Shown piece by piece: positions 32,484 through 43,977 of a DNA stretch of 64,000 nucleotides. Numbering within the stretch: the stretch's first letter is position 1; each line of letters begins with the position of its first letter. Position numbers and translations under genes: made by a program. Origin of the DNA: Nitrospirales bacterium (GTDB taxonomy: Bacteria > Nitrospirota > Nitrospiria > Nitrospirales > UBA8639); contig CBDBCZ010000019.1 of assembly GCA_965203295.1 (NCBI GenBank), positions 1,024,001 through 1,088,000 of the forward strand. Direction: 5' to 3'. Below the pieces are notes generated by a model. That model ran no database searches and had not been told where the DNA came from. It saw nothing but the letters and a program-made list of their open reading frames with translations.

Positions 32484-34244
32484 CTTCGACCCCAAAAGCC
32501 TCCATTTTGGTCGTGGATGACAATCCCGATAATCGGGATTTATTGGTGAGACACATTCAGTCGCAAAAACATGTGGCCGTGACTGCAGATAACGGGTAAG
32601 ACGCATTACAGTTGTTAAAAACCCAACTTTTTGACCTGGTCTTACTGGATATTATGATGCCCGGGATGAATGGCTTCGAGGTGTTAGAGCATATCAAGCG
32701 TGAGCCACATTTGCAGACCCTTCCGGTTGTTGTGGTCTCGGCTTTGAACGAATTAGAAAGCGTGGGGAGATGCATCGAACTGGGGGCTGAAGATTACCTT
32801 GTTAAACCCATTAACTCCAAATTGTTGAAATCAAGGATTACCAATTGCATCGACAAAAAACGGCACCGGGACTTGGAACAGGCACACCATGAAGAACTGG
32901 CACGATCTAAAACTCAACTCGAACACGTATACGCTCAAGTCGAAAAAATGCGAGATGATTTAGCTTCAATCCTTAATCAATTGGAGATCGGAACCATATT
33001 GATAAATGACAAGGGAAACATTGATTTTATCAGTGAAGTCGCATCAAACATTTTTAATCAATCGAGGGAAGATGCGCATGGTCAAGCCTGGGAGAAAGTA
33101 CTTGCACTTCCAAAGGCCCAGGAAACCGTGCTCAAAACAATGATGAAGGCCCCTCCGCATGAACGATCCAAGGTTTCTATGCAGTTTGATTCATCGCTTG
33201 GTAAGCGGTTTTGGTTGGAAGTAGATACTAAGGAGGATCCTCAAGATCCTACCAGGAAGTTGTTCGTATTTTATGACACGACAGAAATCCATGATCTTCG
33301 GCAAATCATAAATAAGGAAACACAATTTCAGGACTTGGTAGGAAAGAGTCAAGCTATGCGGGAGGTGATCAACGCATTATAGATGTGGCCCCCCTCGATG
33401 TCCCCGTCCTAATTACCGGAGATACGGGAACGGGGAAAGAACTGGTGGCGCGAGCCATCCATTCTTTAAGCCATCGGAAAACAAAACCGTTTGTGGCGCT
33501 CAATTGCGCGGGACTAACAGAAACCCTTCTAGGCAGCCAACTATTTGGTCATAAAAAAGGTGCTTTTACTGGAGCTACGGAAGATCACCAAGGCTTGTTT
33601 GAAGCCGCAAACCAAGGAACTTTATTTCTTGATGAAATCGGTGACATGCCTCCGACTATTCAGGCAACATTATTGCGTGTACTGCAGGAAAAAGAAATTC
33701 TCCGATTAGGAGAGTTTATTTCCTGAAGGGTCGATGTTCGCATCTTGGCTGCCACACATGCACATTTGGATGAACAAGTTAAAAGAGGAAAATTCCGCTC
33801 CGACTTATTATACCGTATACGGGTAGGCCGAATTCATCTACCAAGCCTGCAGGAGCGGCGGGAAGATATGCTTCGGTTTTTTTAGGACAAGCCAAGGCAA
33901 CCAGCGGAAAAGCCAACGTTAAAGACATCAGCCGTGAGGCTATGCAATTTTTGGTTCGATATCCCTGGCCGGGGAATGTTCGCGAATTAAAAAGCGCGTT
34001 AGATTTCTCTCTCATCCATTGTCGATATTCTTCTATTCAGGCTACTGATCTGCCTCCAGAAATTGCCAATGTGGATCCTCAAGTCTTATTGAGTGGAGAG
34101 ACCGAGCCCGACGAAAAGGAACGGATAGCCGCAGTTCTGAAATACACCAATAATAATAGGTCCGAAGCGGCAAGGATATTGGGCATGAGTCGTTCCACGT
34201 TTTATCGACGTCTGGTGGGTTTGGGTTTAGCTGCGGAAGAATAA
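32480..34244 (+). pseudogene. Sigma54-dependent activator (REC-PAS-AAA+-Fis HTH), multiply disrupted
   Basis: [31 protein letters not shown]; stops at 32597 and 33724 plus frameshifts. Confidence 0.9.
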
Positions 34245-34333
34245 AAAGGGGTGCGCGGCGCGCACGCCACCTCTGTATGGACCCCTCATTGTGCATTTCC
34301 TCCGGGTGAGTTTCTCTCTTCGATGCTATCGGC

Positions 34334-34560
34334 TTAAATAAATTGTCTTGGTTTCAGGGAGGGAATCAGAAGGTATTGCTCATTCATGAGCAACCAAAAT
34401 AGTTCTCCATCCGTCCGTGCGTTTTGCCAATCAGAGATTATTTGACAGGGGTTTGAATAAGAGGGTGGGAGTTTTTGCGACGAGAAGGGAGTCTCGTCTT
34501 GAATCTTGCAGGGTCTGTTCAAGTAACAGATAACATGGTTTGTTCAGGGAAAACCCTTGC
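34334..34560 (-). pseudogene. Degraded cytochrome c-family remnant
   Basis: WQNARTDGELFW motif shared with the other cytochromes; no intact CxxCH. Confidence 0.4.
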
Positions 34561-34632
34561 AATCACACATCGCTGAATGAAGCGCTGACGCGCAGTGTGG
34601 TTAGCCCAGTTTCCTGACCAGTGTGTGTGGTG

Positions 34633-34923
34633 CTAGTCATAGGTGTGTTCGTCTCGCTTGAGGAGTTTCAATAAGATGACCTTTTTTTGTTGGTCGTCGA
34701 CATCGTAGAGTAGTCGGTACGGGCCGACACGGAGCCGATACTCCGCCGTGAATTGTGACACGATCAATTACCCCCTGAGTCGTTTGGTCCATTTACCTTG
34801 TGGGTGAGGGTTTTGGGCTAGCGATCTGATAGCTTGCATGATGGCGACTTGATAGTCGTTGTGAAGTTTGGTGAGAGTTTTCTGAAAAGCGCGCTCAACC
34901 CGCTCGCTGGGGAAGATGATCTT
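34633..34923 (-). pseudogene. RelE/ParE-family toxin, start lost and in-frame TAA at 34768
   Basis: ..LAQNPHPQG..RLRG*..EYRLRVGPYRLLYDVDDQQKKVILL.. Confidence 0.8.
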
Positions 34924-35203
34924 AGAGGTCCATCTTTCGAAAGAGTCGTTCGGCCGGAACCGCTTTCCCTTTCACGTACTCGCCTCGAGACCGAGCAATC
35001 TCTTGGATGAGTCTTCTATTCTTGAGCTCATCCAGCATTTCTACAAGGTCGAGCATCTCCTCGTAGGGAACCAAAAATGAGACGGGCTTTCCATGAGACA
35101 GCACCATCGAAGGCGACTTCGAGCGAATGAGTTGTGATAATTTCGCTTGCGCTTCTCGGACGTTTACGGGTTTGGCTTTTCGAAGCAATGAGGTTGTGGT
35201 CAT
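34922..35203 (-). CDS. Phd/YefM-family antitoxin
   Basis: VNVREAQAKLSQLI..VLSHGKPVSFLVPYEE; adjacent to relE remnant. Confidence 0.8.
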   Translation of the reverse strand: MTTTSLLRKAKPVNVREAQAKLSQLIRSKSPSMVLSHGKPVSFLVPYEEMLDLVEMLDELKNRRLIQEIARSRGEYVKGKAVPAERLFRKMDL

Positions 35204-35647
35204 CGTGTTGTCTTCCTTCCGATCAAGTGCCTTGCAGATGTATAGGCAATATCAATGTTTACTTTCTTTGGCAAGAGCTGGAGGCGTGCCACTTAAGAAT
35301 GAAGATGGGGTCGAAATAGTCTTGACTTTTCTCAAGACAGAAGAAGTCAAATCCTTTGTTAACAATTGTTGTACCACATGCGATGTTCATTTCGCGGGGC
35401 TTTCTGGTTGATCGCCTCTAGAGGCACTGAGTTATGCCCCTGTAAACGGTGTGAGGCAATTTGAGAGTCGGTTTGCCGCCAGCGATCGATGATGAGCTGA
35501 GCGTACCGCCCTGTTCGGAAGATTTCCCCCCTTCAGCACTTCATCGCGCATCTTACCTTTGATGTTTTCTAAGGTGTGAGGAAGATTGAGGGGCAAGTCT
35601 TCCACTGCCATACGGCACGATGAATTTTCTGACCATACGATGTCGCC

Positions 35648-36820
35648 TTATGGAATGTCTCGAATTTGAATCGAATCGACCCGTTGCTGAGCTAAGACGT
35701 CTGAGATAATCACGACAATCCTTTTGGCTTGTAACCCATCGGCGAGTTTGACAGCCGCCACCGCCAATTGCTGTTTGTCTGCTGTATTTTGTAGGTGTTT
35801 CGCAAACTGCAAGCCTGGAATCGCTTCGGTTTTCGCTGTAATTTTTCGCAGATGCTCAATACATTTAAGCGGATATTTTCCGACCGTTGTTTCTCCGGAG
35901 AGCATGACGGCATCGACTTCTTCATAGATCGCGTTGGCTACGTCGGTCACTTCGGCGCGGGTGGGGATTGGATTCTGAATCATGGATTCCAGCAGATGGG
36001 TCGCGACAATGACGCGCTTTCCATATTCAGCGCATAGCCGTACAATCTTGCGCTGCACGTTCGGCAAATCTTCTAGGTTGATTTCCACTCCCAAATCTCC
36101 ACGAGCCACCATAATGCCATCCGATTCCTGAATAATGTCTTCCAGATTGCGAACCCCTTCCTGATCTTCAATTTTTGCAATAATTTTTGCCTTCCCAGCT
36201 TTACTGCCCATGAGTTTTTTTAATTGCCGGATATCTTCAACTTCTCGAACGAAAGAAAGGGCAATAAAGTCCATATCACGTGATAATCCAAACAGATTAT
36301 CTCTTTCGTCCTTTTGAGTAATAGCAGGGAGATTGACCCGGATCCCAGGCAAATTGACATGGCGTTTGCTTTTTAAGACCCCACCATCCAGAACGCGGCA
36401 CTGCATAAGTCGGTCTTCTTTTTCCAGGACCTCAAGATTGATCAACCCATTATCCACGGTAATCTTATCGACCATATTCACCGTCTCGATTAAATCGGCA
36501 TAGTTAATGTGAATAGAGCTTTCTTCTACATCCATAGGCCCTCGCGCCGTGATGGACACAATCGTGCCTTGCTTTTTGAGATCGACAGACAAGTCCCCTG
36601 TCCGGATTTCAGGGCCTTGCGTGTCCAAGAGAATAGGAATAGGAAACTCGACCTTTTTATTGATCGTCTTGATGTGTTTGATCACTTTGGCGTGAGATTC
36701 GTGATTTCCATGGGACATGTTCAAGCGAACAATGTTCATGCCGGTGTGATACATTTTGTGCAACATTTCGTAGGATTCTGTTGCCGGTCCGATGGTGCAG
36801 ATGATTCTGGTTTTTTGCAT
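35648..36820 (-). pseudogene. pyk: Pyruvate kinase, C-terminally truncated
   Basis: KTRIICTIGPA, RLNMSHG, DTQGPEIRTG, MVARGDLG, MLSGET; similarity ends at RIVVI. Confidence 0.85.
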
Positions 36821-37322
36821 ACGTCCTTATTATGATAAGTATCTACCGCCTCAGCAGTTCGAGAGGTCAGGGCCTCTTGCCCTCGCTGCTGAATTTCATG
36901 AAGCGACCTGCCGGTGCCGGATTATAGCACGGCCTGTTGCCGACAGAAGACAGCCCCCCCGGAGACGGCTTTTCCTATCAGGTCGAGTCGTAGCCCCTGC
37001 ACATCGTGAGTGATGCGACCTGTCCCCGTATTGACGGAGTAGTCGAAACATAGGCCTAGAAGCATTGAAGCGGCCGGTGGGGGCTAATGCTTTTCGTTGA
37101 TTGACCTCTGACCCAATTCCTCTCTCTAAGTTAGGACCAGTGAACCAAATCCTATTGGACACAGTAGTCGCCTTTGCCAGTCCTTCCATCGTTTGGCCTG
37201 CGGCATGAGCGGCTCAGTTCCAGATTGCTTTTGCCTCCTCTCCTCCCTATGATCACTGAGAAATTAATCCGCTGACTATCCACGACGGGAGTATTGTCCC
37301 CCAAGTGAAGGGAGCCTGCACG

Positions 37323-37526
37323 ATGAACCTTTCTGACCTTTCCCTGAAGGAACTTAAAGATCTGGTCAATGGCATGGTGGACGATCGTCTGTGTGAGCTG
37401 CTAGGTGATCCCGATCTTGGCTTACCCTTGGAGGAGACGGTCCGTGCGCGTTTGAAGCAGTCCCTAGCCTCGTCGGAACGGGTCACCGGGGATGAAATAG
37501 CTGAAAAACTGGGCCTTCATTGGTGA
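37323..37526 (+). CDS. Putative antitoxin
   Basis: MNLSDLSLKELK..LGDPDLGLPL..EIAEKLGLHW, upstream of a RelE-like gene. Confidence 0.65.
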   Translation: MNLSDLSLKELKDLVNGMVDDRLCELLGDPDLGLPLEETVRARLKQSLASSERVTGDEIAEKLGLHW

Positions 37527-37532
37527 CGTGGT

Positions 37533-37832
37533 ATGGCTTGGTATCGTGTCGCCTAACTGCCTTCGGTGATTGAGGACCTTCTGGCCACCGAGAAGGGCAT
37601 GGCCCAGCGTCTTTTTGATAAGACGAAGTGGCTGGCCTCCAATGTCGAGAATCTTCGACATGAGACCCTGGATGCGGATTTACCCGGTATTGCCCAATAT
37701 GCGGTCGGTGACTGGCGCATTCTCTATTCAATTGACCGCGATGACCACGTCGTGGATATCCATCGCATTGGTACTCGTGGGAAGCTGTACCGAAGCCGCG
37801 CGGCGCAAAACAAATCATGTCCACTCACATAG
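37533..37832 (+). pseudogene. RelE-like toxin with in-frame TAA at 37554
   Basis: MAWYRVA*LPSVIEDL..VGDWRILYSID..IHRIGTR. Confidence 0.75.
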
Positions 37833-38012
37833 GTTCAAGAGCTACACTTGAAGTATATTCTTCACATTTACATGAAAAAAGTTCATCATAAATAATTGGT
37901 GATGATTTCCCGTCCGCTGGCAAAAGGCCCTGGGGGAGGGGCACAGGGCGCAGACCCTTTGGAAAAGGAAAATGGCTGATTACCTATCTCAACGGGGAAG
38001 GAGGCACATACC

Positions 38013-38393
38013 ATGGTTTCGATCACAGAGGTTATGAGTAAAGAACTCAAGAAAATTCCTTGCGAGGCGTCAATCGCCGACACTGCCCAAAAAATGCGTG
38101 ATGAGCAAGTGGGAACCCTCCTCATCGAACGAAATGGAGAACTTATTGGCAGTGTGACCGATAGAGAACTGGTGCGAAAGGCGGTGGCCGATAGGAAAGA
38201 TTTAGAGAACACCACGGTGGAGAGTATCATGACGGCTCCCTTGAATAGCATCGCTACCACCCAGACCCTTCTGGACGCGCAGGATAAAATGAGGGATCTT
38301 GGTGTGAGGCATCTCGTGGTTCGCGAAGCAGGGAAAATGGTCGGCATTATTTCCGTAGGGGACCTCTTGGCATACTTCACATGGCGGGCTTAG
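38013..38393 (+). CDS. CBS-domain pair protein
   Basis: GSVTDRELV, VESIMT, VRHLVV, GIISVGDL. Confidence 0.9.
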   Translation: MVSITEVMSKELKKIPCEASIADTAQKMRDEQVGTLLIERNGELIGSVTDRELVRKAVADRKDLENTTVESIMTAPLNSIATTQTLLDAQDKMRDLGVRHLVVREAGKMVGIISVGDLLAYFTWRA

Positions 38394-38507
38394 AGCGATT
38401 TACCCGGGCTTGCCGAGAGAGGCTCCCCTTCAGAGGTTTGTCTGTGTCATAATTCGTCCTCAAATTTTAAGTGCGACATCTGGCTCCCTTTACTAAGGAG
38501 GTAGAAT

Positions 38508-38867
38508 ATGGGACCTACAAAAGTCATACCCAAAGATGGTGCCCTCTACGAGGTGAAAACAGGTAAACTGGTTCAAGACGGCCTTCCGACCCGAAAGGAG
38601 CAGGAGGCGTATGCTGCTCGCCATTACATTGCGTTACCGGTGGTTGATAAAGCCGGAAATCCTTGTGTTCTTGATGGTCAACCGGTGTATTGCTTCCGTG
38701 GAACACGGTACGAGACCGTCGATGATCAGAAGATCCAATTGTCCCGATGTCTCGATTATGGGGGGATGGGAATTAGGGATGACGAGACTATGGTGGAATC
38801 GGATTGTATTCGGTGTGTTCAATGCGGGCATGAGTTTGATACCCGCTTGGAGATGATGGAAACCTGA
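38508..38867 (+). CDS. Hypothetical protein with C-terminal zinc-ribbon-like motif
   Basis: AAGGAGG RBS; CLDYG and CVQCGHEF. Confidence 0.7.
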   Translation: MGPTKVIPKDGALYEVKTGKLVQDGLPTRKEQEAYAARHYIALPVVDKAGNPCVLDGQPVYCFRGTRYETVDDQKIQLSRCLDYGGMGIRDDETMVESDCIRCVQCGHEFDTRLEMMET

Positions 38868-39053
38868 GGGCCCAAGACACCGCCTTTTTTATTGGACCGA
38901 GCCTCACTTGATATCAGACGAGACAAGGCTGTTTTCTGTTGTCCAGCTTGGCAACTCAATGACTCCGTTTACCCTTTCCCTTTGCTCCAGGGCAAGTAGC
39001 AACTCACCTCCAGCGTTAGGCTGCGTGCAGCAAGTTCAGCGTGAGGGTCTTCT

Positions 39054-39529
39054 GTGATCGAAGCAGAAAGACTCATGCGACTTGCCATCAAAGCGGCTCG
39101 GCAAGGAATCTCAGAGGGGCAGAGTCCATTCGGTTGCTCGATCAGTGTAGGCGGAGAGGTAGTTGCCGTCGCACACAATACCGTGCTTGCATCCATGGAC
39201 ATTACGGCTCATGCAGAGGTTGTGGCTCTACGCGAAGCATGTCGGACCGTTGGCAACATTCACCTCAACGGCGCCCTTTTGTGGCGTGCACCTGTGAGCC
39301 CTGCCCTATGTGCATGGCGGCCCTTCACTGGGCACGGGTAGAGACCGTGTACTATGGGGCTACTATCGGTGATGCGACCGCGTCGGGTTTCAACGAGCTC
39401 ACTCTTCCTGCCCAAGAACTTCTCCGAATCGGTAAGAGCAAGGTCACGCTGGTTCCAGGTATTCGGGATCAAGAGTGCCGTCGGCTGTTCGACGAGTGGC
39501 GAGTATCTCCCGCGTACCAGCCATATTAG
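39054..39529 (+). pseudogene. CDA-superfamily (guanine-type) deaminase, frameshifted at ~39280
   Basis: SPFG, TAHAEV and CEPCPMC motifs in two frames. Confidence 0.85.
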
Positions 39530-40033
39530 CTGCGTCCATCTATTCATCGGCTTGGTGATAGGTGCACAGGTCTTCCAGGCCTCGCCAAGCCGTCATGCGC
39601 CTGCGGTGGTATTGGCGATCATTCCGAATATCGCGGCTTGGGGGCAGACTCAGGTGAACGGTGCGTTGGCTGCAGCCGGCACCTCAGCCCACGATCTAGG
39701 AATGGCAAACTGGATAGTACCGGTGTCGTCTATCATGGCATGGAACTGGTCGGTGGTGGTGCGGTGCTTGGCGGTCTCATCCTCGGTGCCATTGGCGCGT
39801 TCATCATCGATCGTCGTTTCCGATGGGCTGGGATCTATGCCCTTGCGGGTGCGGTGTTTTCGTATTTCGGTTTCATTCATGGAGAGAAGCTGGAGTGGGG
39901 CGCGTCACCGACGGTGGCGCTCGGTTACGTGATCATGGCTGGCTTGTTTCTGTTCCTTCACACTCGGCAGGTTACGGCTGGCGAGACAATCACCTGGGAG
40001 CCGCTATCAAACGAAGAAACAGCCGAAGGCTGA
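39530..40033 (+). pseudogene. C-terminal fragment of an NCS2/AzgA-like permease
   Basis: LFIGLVIGAQ..HAPAVVLAIIPNIAAW, GGAVLGGLILGA..FIIDRR..YFGFIH; N-terminus missing, frameshift ~39710. Confidence 0.7.
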
Positions 40034-40052
40034 CCAAATCCTGGGAGTCACA

Positions 40053-40448
40053 ATGACCATGGCATTCGAACTCTTCGTTAACAGGACGCTCATGCGGGGC
40101 CTCACGCTACACGGCAACCTGGATGGCGCGGAATTTCTTGGTGAGTTTCGCACGGCGTCCATCTATCGGATCTATTCGATCGAGGATCGCCATCCAGGTA
40201 TGTTCGAAGTCGAGAACGGCGGGATCTCGGTGGTTGGAGAACTGTATCGGATGAGCGATGAGATCTGGCGTCGGGTCGAAGAGGGCGAGCCACCCAACCT
40301 CTATTGCGGTCCGGTTAAGCTCGATGACGGACGCGTGGTAAACGGTATTCTGTATCCACGCGAATTAGCCGAGAGGCATCATCAGGACATTTCGCAGTTC
40401 GGCGACTGGCGTGCTTATATGTCGAGTAAGGACAAAGAGATCCGATAA
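40053..40448 (+). CDS. GGCT-fold protein resembling the allophanate hydrolase C-terminal domain
   Basis: LFVNRTLMRG, YRIYSI..HPGM, GELY, EPPNL..GPVKLDDG, DISQFGDWRAY. Confidence 0.75.
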   Translation: MTMAFELFVNRTLMRGLTLHGNLDGAEFLGEFRTASIYRIYSIEDRHPGMFEVENGGISVVGELYRMSDEIWRRVEEGEPPNLYCGPVKLDDGRVVNGILYPRELAERHHQDISQFGDWRAYMSSKDKEIR

Positions 40449-40680
40449 TGGGGCTGTTGAAAAATTCCGCCAGCGGCGTTCTCGGTCCGTTGTCGTGCTC
40501 ATGTACTGTCGTGTACGCTCCGCGCGCCAACGGCCCTGCGGCCTTGCTGGACCTGGCTCCGCCGAAGCAGCTTCGCGCAAGCGAGCGGGCCTTTTTGAAC
40601 AGCCTTCTTTCCTTCTGCCGCACGAGGGTATTGGGCAGTTGTCGTGAATTTGACAAATTTTAAATTATTCAACAGACCCA
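40449..40680 (+). repeat. Dispersed element copy 2 (core 40450-40604) with outer TIR and TAA duplication
   Basis: TAA-TGGGGCTGTTGAAAAATT ... AATTATTCAACAGACCCA-TAA; inner end TTTTTGAACAGCC. Confidence 0.85.
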
Positions 40681-40740
40681 TAATCGAAGCCCCGCGAGGA
40701 GAGATCACGTTCGGAAACAGTGATCGGAGAGGAGGGAAAG

Positions 40741-41430
40741 ATGAGCCAGGCTAGCTTCAAAGCAGAGCCCTATCCGCTGCAGTTTGATCCTGCAACCACG
40801 GCATTGTTGATTATCGATATGCAGCGGGATTTCCTGGAGTCTGGGGGGTTCGGCGAAATGCTTGGCAACGACGTGTCACTATTGCGCAGTACCATCGAGC
40901 CTTGTAAACGCGTGCTCGAGGCCGCCCGTCGTATCGGCATGATCATAATTCACACCCGTGAAGGCCATCGACCAGATCTGGCGGATGCCCCACCGGCAAA
41001 ATTGGCGCGCGGCAAGCTCAAAGTCGGAATTGGCGATCAGGGACCGATGGGCCGCGTCCTGGTCAGAGGCGAACATGGCCACGATATCATTCCTGAGCTC
41101 TACCCTACGGCCGGCGAGCCGGTGATCGACAAGCCGGGCAAGGGTTCCTTCTACGAAACCGATTTACAGCTCATCTTGCAGAACAACAAAATCGCCACCT
41201 TGATCGTCTGCGGCGTGACCACGGAAGTCTGTGTGCATACCACTGTGCGCCAGGCCAATGATCGCGGGTACGAATGCCTGGTGGTCTCAGATTGTGTAGG
41301 GTCTTATTTTCCTGAATTCCAGCGTGTTGCACTTGAAATGATCAAGGCGCAAGGCGGTATCTTCTGTTGGGTCACGGATTCACAGGAAGTAATTAATGTC
41401 CTCGGTCGCCTCGACAAGGTCAAGGCATGA
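40741..41430 (+). CDS. Isochorismatase-family cysteine hydrolase, BiuH/TrtA-like
   Basis: IIDMQRDF..GGFG..LGNDV, DKPGKGSF, GVTTEVCV, AQGGIF; Asp/Lys/Cys triad present. Confidence 0.88.
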   Translation: MSQASFKAEPYPLQFDPATTALLIIDMQRDFLESGGFGEMLGNDVSLLRSTIEPCKRVLEAARRIGMIIIHTREGHRPDLADAPPAKLARGKLKVGIGDQGPMGRVLVRGEHGHDIIPELYPTAGEPVIDKPGKGSFYETDLQLILQNNKIATLIVCGVTTEVCVHTTVRQANDRGYECLVVSDCVGSYFPEFQRVALEMIKAQGGIFCWVTDSQEVINVLGRLDKVKA

Positions 41431-41431
41431 G

Positions 41432-42396
41432 TTGAATCGCCCCGTTTCTGGAAGCGACGCTGAAGTGATTCGCATCAATGCTATCGTAGCAGGACCGCGC
41501 GTTCAGCGCGATCGGTTTTCCGGACAGGTGCATAGCGTCTTTCGCAATGCCTGCAACGTCATGCTGGTTATGGTGACATGCTGTCGTTACTAAGCCGCGA
41601 CATGGGCTGTGCCCCACACGGAGTCCGTTTGGCAACGCCGTCAGAGTTTTCCTTTCTTGATCGTGTCCGTGCTGGGCAAACTGTGGGATGCCGGGCCGGC
41701 GTGCTTCGGTTTCAGAGCAGTGCTCTTGAAGCCAATCTTTCAACGGCACAGATCTGGCGTTTTGACGATCATCTTGAGCCCATTAATTGGGCGAAGCAAA
41801 ATGTTCAACGGGCTTGGCAGACGGCCTGGGAAGGATTGCGACAAGCTCAAGCGGCGGTAGAAGAAGATCCCGATGTTACAGCTCAGTATCTATCAGGCGA
41901 AGCCGCGAGAGGTATTTATCGCCTCACCCACGTTATGCGGCGTTATCGATTGGCGAAGATAACACGTATTGCCGAGGGCATGGTGGGTTGCGGCCGCGGT
42001 TTGACTCCCAGCGGTGATGACTTCCTAGTCGGGTACCTGGCCGGACTGTCCAGCGCGGCGCAGTCCAAAATGCAGCAAGCCGCACGCTTTGTGCTTGCAC
42101 GGGCGATTAGCGGACGGGCTCATGAGACGAGTGATATCAGTCGAACCTATTTGCAACAAGCTTGCGCAGGTTTTTTTAGCGAGTCTCTCGCTAATCTGCT
42201 TGCTGCGATTGCTCACGGTCAGTCCACTGATGAGGTTGCATGCCAGACCGTGCGCGCTCTTGACGTCGGTGCCTCTTCCGGCCGCGAAGGTGTCTTGGGC
42301 TGTCTGTTGGGATTGGTCACGTGGGCTAAACCGTTGCCACCTGCGACTCATCAGTGGTTTGTCGAACAAACATCGTTATTAGAGTTCGTACCATGA
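41432..42396 (+). pseudogene. DUF2877 (YlbF/AllH-like) protein, frameshifted at ~41570
   Basis: GQVHSVFRNACN N-terminus; GCGRGLTPSGDDFLVG, VGASSG. Confidence 0.8.
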
Positions 42397-43977
42397 AAAC
42401 ATTGGAGAAGTTTCTTCCCAACTATTACCGAGACTCAGTTTCCCTGATGCAACTCTCGTCCAGGCTGAATGCGCGGGAAGGCATCGAACAGGCATCGGCC
42501 GTGATGGCGACGGAGGCGAACATTAAGTTGCTGTGCGATGCTGGACTGCCGGAGGGCAAGGTTGAGTCTCGACCAGACGATCTTTTGATCGTGATCCGTG
42601 GCGAAGATGAAGCGCTGGAAGCTGCTATGGCCGAGGTGGAGGCCTCGTTCAACGCAAAAGAGAGTGGGGGAGACGGCGAGGCTGCCAAGATACCGCCGCG
42701 AAGCATTGAGATGGCGATGCGTGAGACGCCAACCTCCAACCTGGCTCTGGTATCGACTCCTGGAGTCTATGCCGCTGCAGAGGCTATGAAAGCTCTACGT
42801 CTTGGTCTCCATGTGATGATGTTTTCCGATAATGTGCCTATGGAACAAGAGAAGGTGCTCAAGCGCTATGCTCGTGATCATGAGCTTATGGTCATGGGCC
42901 CGGATTGTGGTACAGCCATCATCAATGGGATTCCACTTGGCTTTGCGAACATGGTCCGTCGCGGCGAAATCGGTCTTGTCGCTGCCTCCGGTACTGGTCT
43001 GCAAGAGGTCACCTGCCTGATCGATCGTTTAGGCAAGGGTATTTCCCAGGCGATCGGTACCGGCGGTCACGATCTGAGCCAAGACATAGGGGGCATCACC
43101 ATGCTGCAAGGGATCGAGGCGTTAGCCGCGGACCCAGAGACCACGATCATCGTGCTGACATCGAAGCCTCCCGCACCTGATGTGGGGGAAAGCGTGCTTG
43201 CTGCCGCTGCGCGTTGCGGCAAGCCGATCGTCGCTAATTTCCTGGGAGCTGAGGCAAATGATGTTCAACGGGACAATGTCCATTCCGCGCGAACCCTGGA
43301 GGATGCCGCGCATATAGCTGTGGCTTTGGCTAATGATATGGCCCCAAAAGCTTGCCCGAAATCCATCAACCCAAAGCTGGCGAAACGCGAAGCAGCCAAA
43401 TTCACGAAAGGGCAGAAATATATTCGAGGTTTTTATAAGTGGGGGCACCTTTTGCTACGAAGCGCTACTGCTTCTGCGTGATGAAATCGGGGCTGTCTAT
43501 TCGAGCACACCGCTACAGCCCGAATTGGCACTGCGCGATGTCTGGAGCAGCCATCAGCATACGGTCATCGACCTTGGTGACGACGTCTTCACCCACGGCC
43601 GGCCCCATCCGATGATCGATCAGAGCCTGCGCAATGAACGCATTTTGAGCGAAGTAGCCGATCCGGAAGTCGCCGTTATTCTCTTGGACGTCGTGCTGGG
43701 CTATGGGGCGAACGATGATCCGACCGCGGAAATGGTTCCCGTGATATGCGCAGCCCAAGCCGAGGCGGCCAACAATGGCCGATACGTCAGCTTTGTCGCT
43801 CAAGTTTGCGGCACTACCGGTGATCCTCAAGACCTATCCCATCAGGAGGCCAAACTTCGGGAAGTCGGCGTAACCCTGGCACAAAGCAATGCCCAGGCAG
43901 TGTATCAGGCTGCAGCGATCGCTGCGGCCGCTGGCCAAGAGTCAACACAAAAATCGTCCAAGAGGAAAGTGCGATGA
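42393..43977 (+). pseudogene. fdrA: FdrA (AllF-like) acyl-CoA-synthetase-fold protein, frameshifted at ~43437
   Basis: YRDSVSLM, FSDNV, MGPDCGT, ASGTGLQE, SGGTFCYE, DLGDDVFTHGRPHPMID, LDVVLGYG. Confidence 0.9.

Noticed and set aside
40315..40708. Short ORFs such as 40448..40663 (also 45197..45541 and 14951..15151)
   Set aside because: Translations of the dispersed repeat with no independent coding evidence
40741..41430. Guanylurea hydrolase assignment
   Set aside because: The C-terminal motif is QGG, whereas I recall GuuH having Glu there; substrate left open
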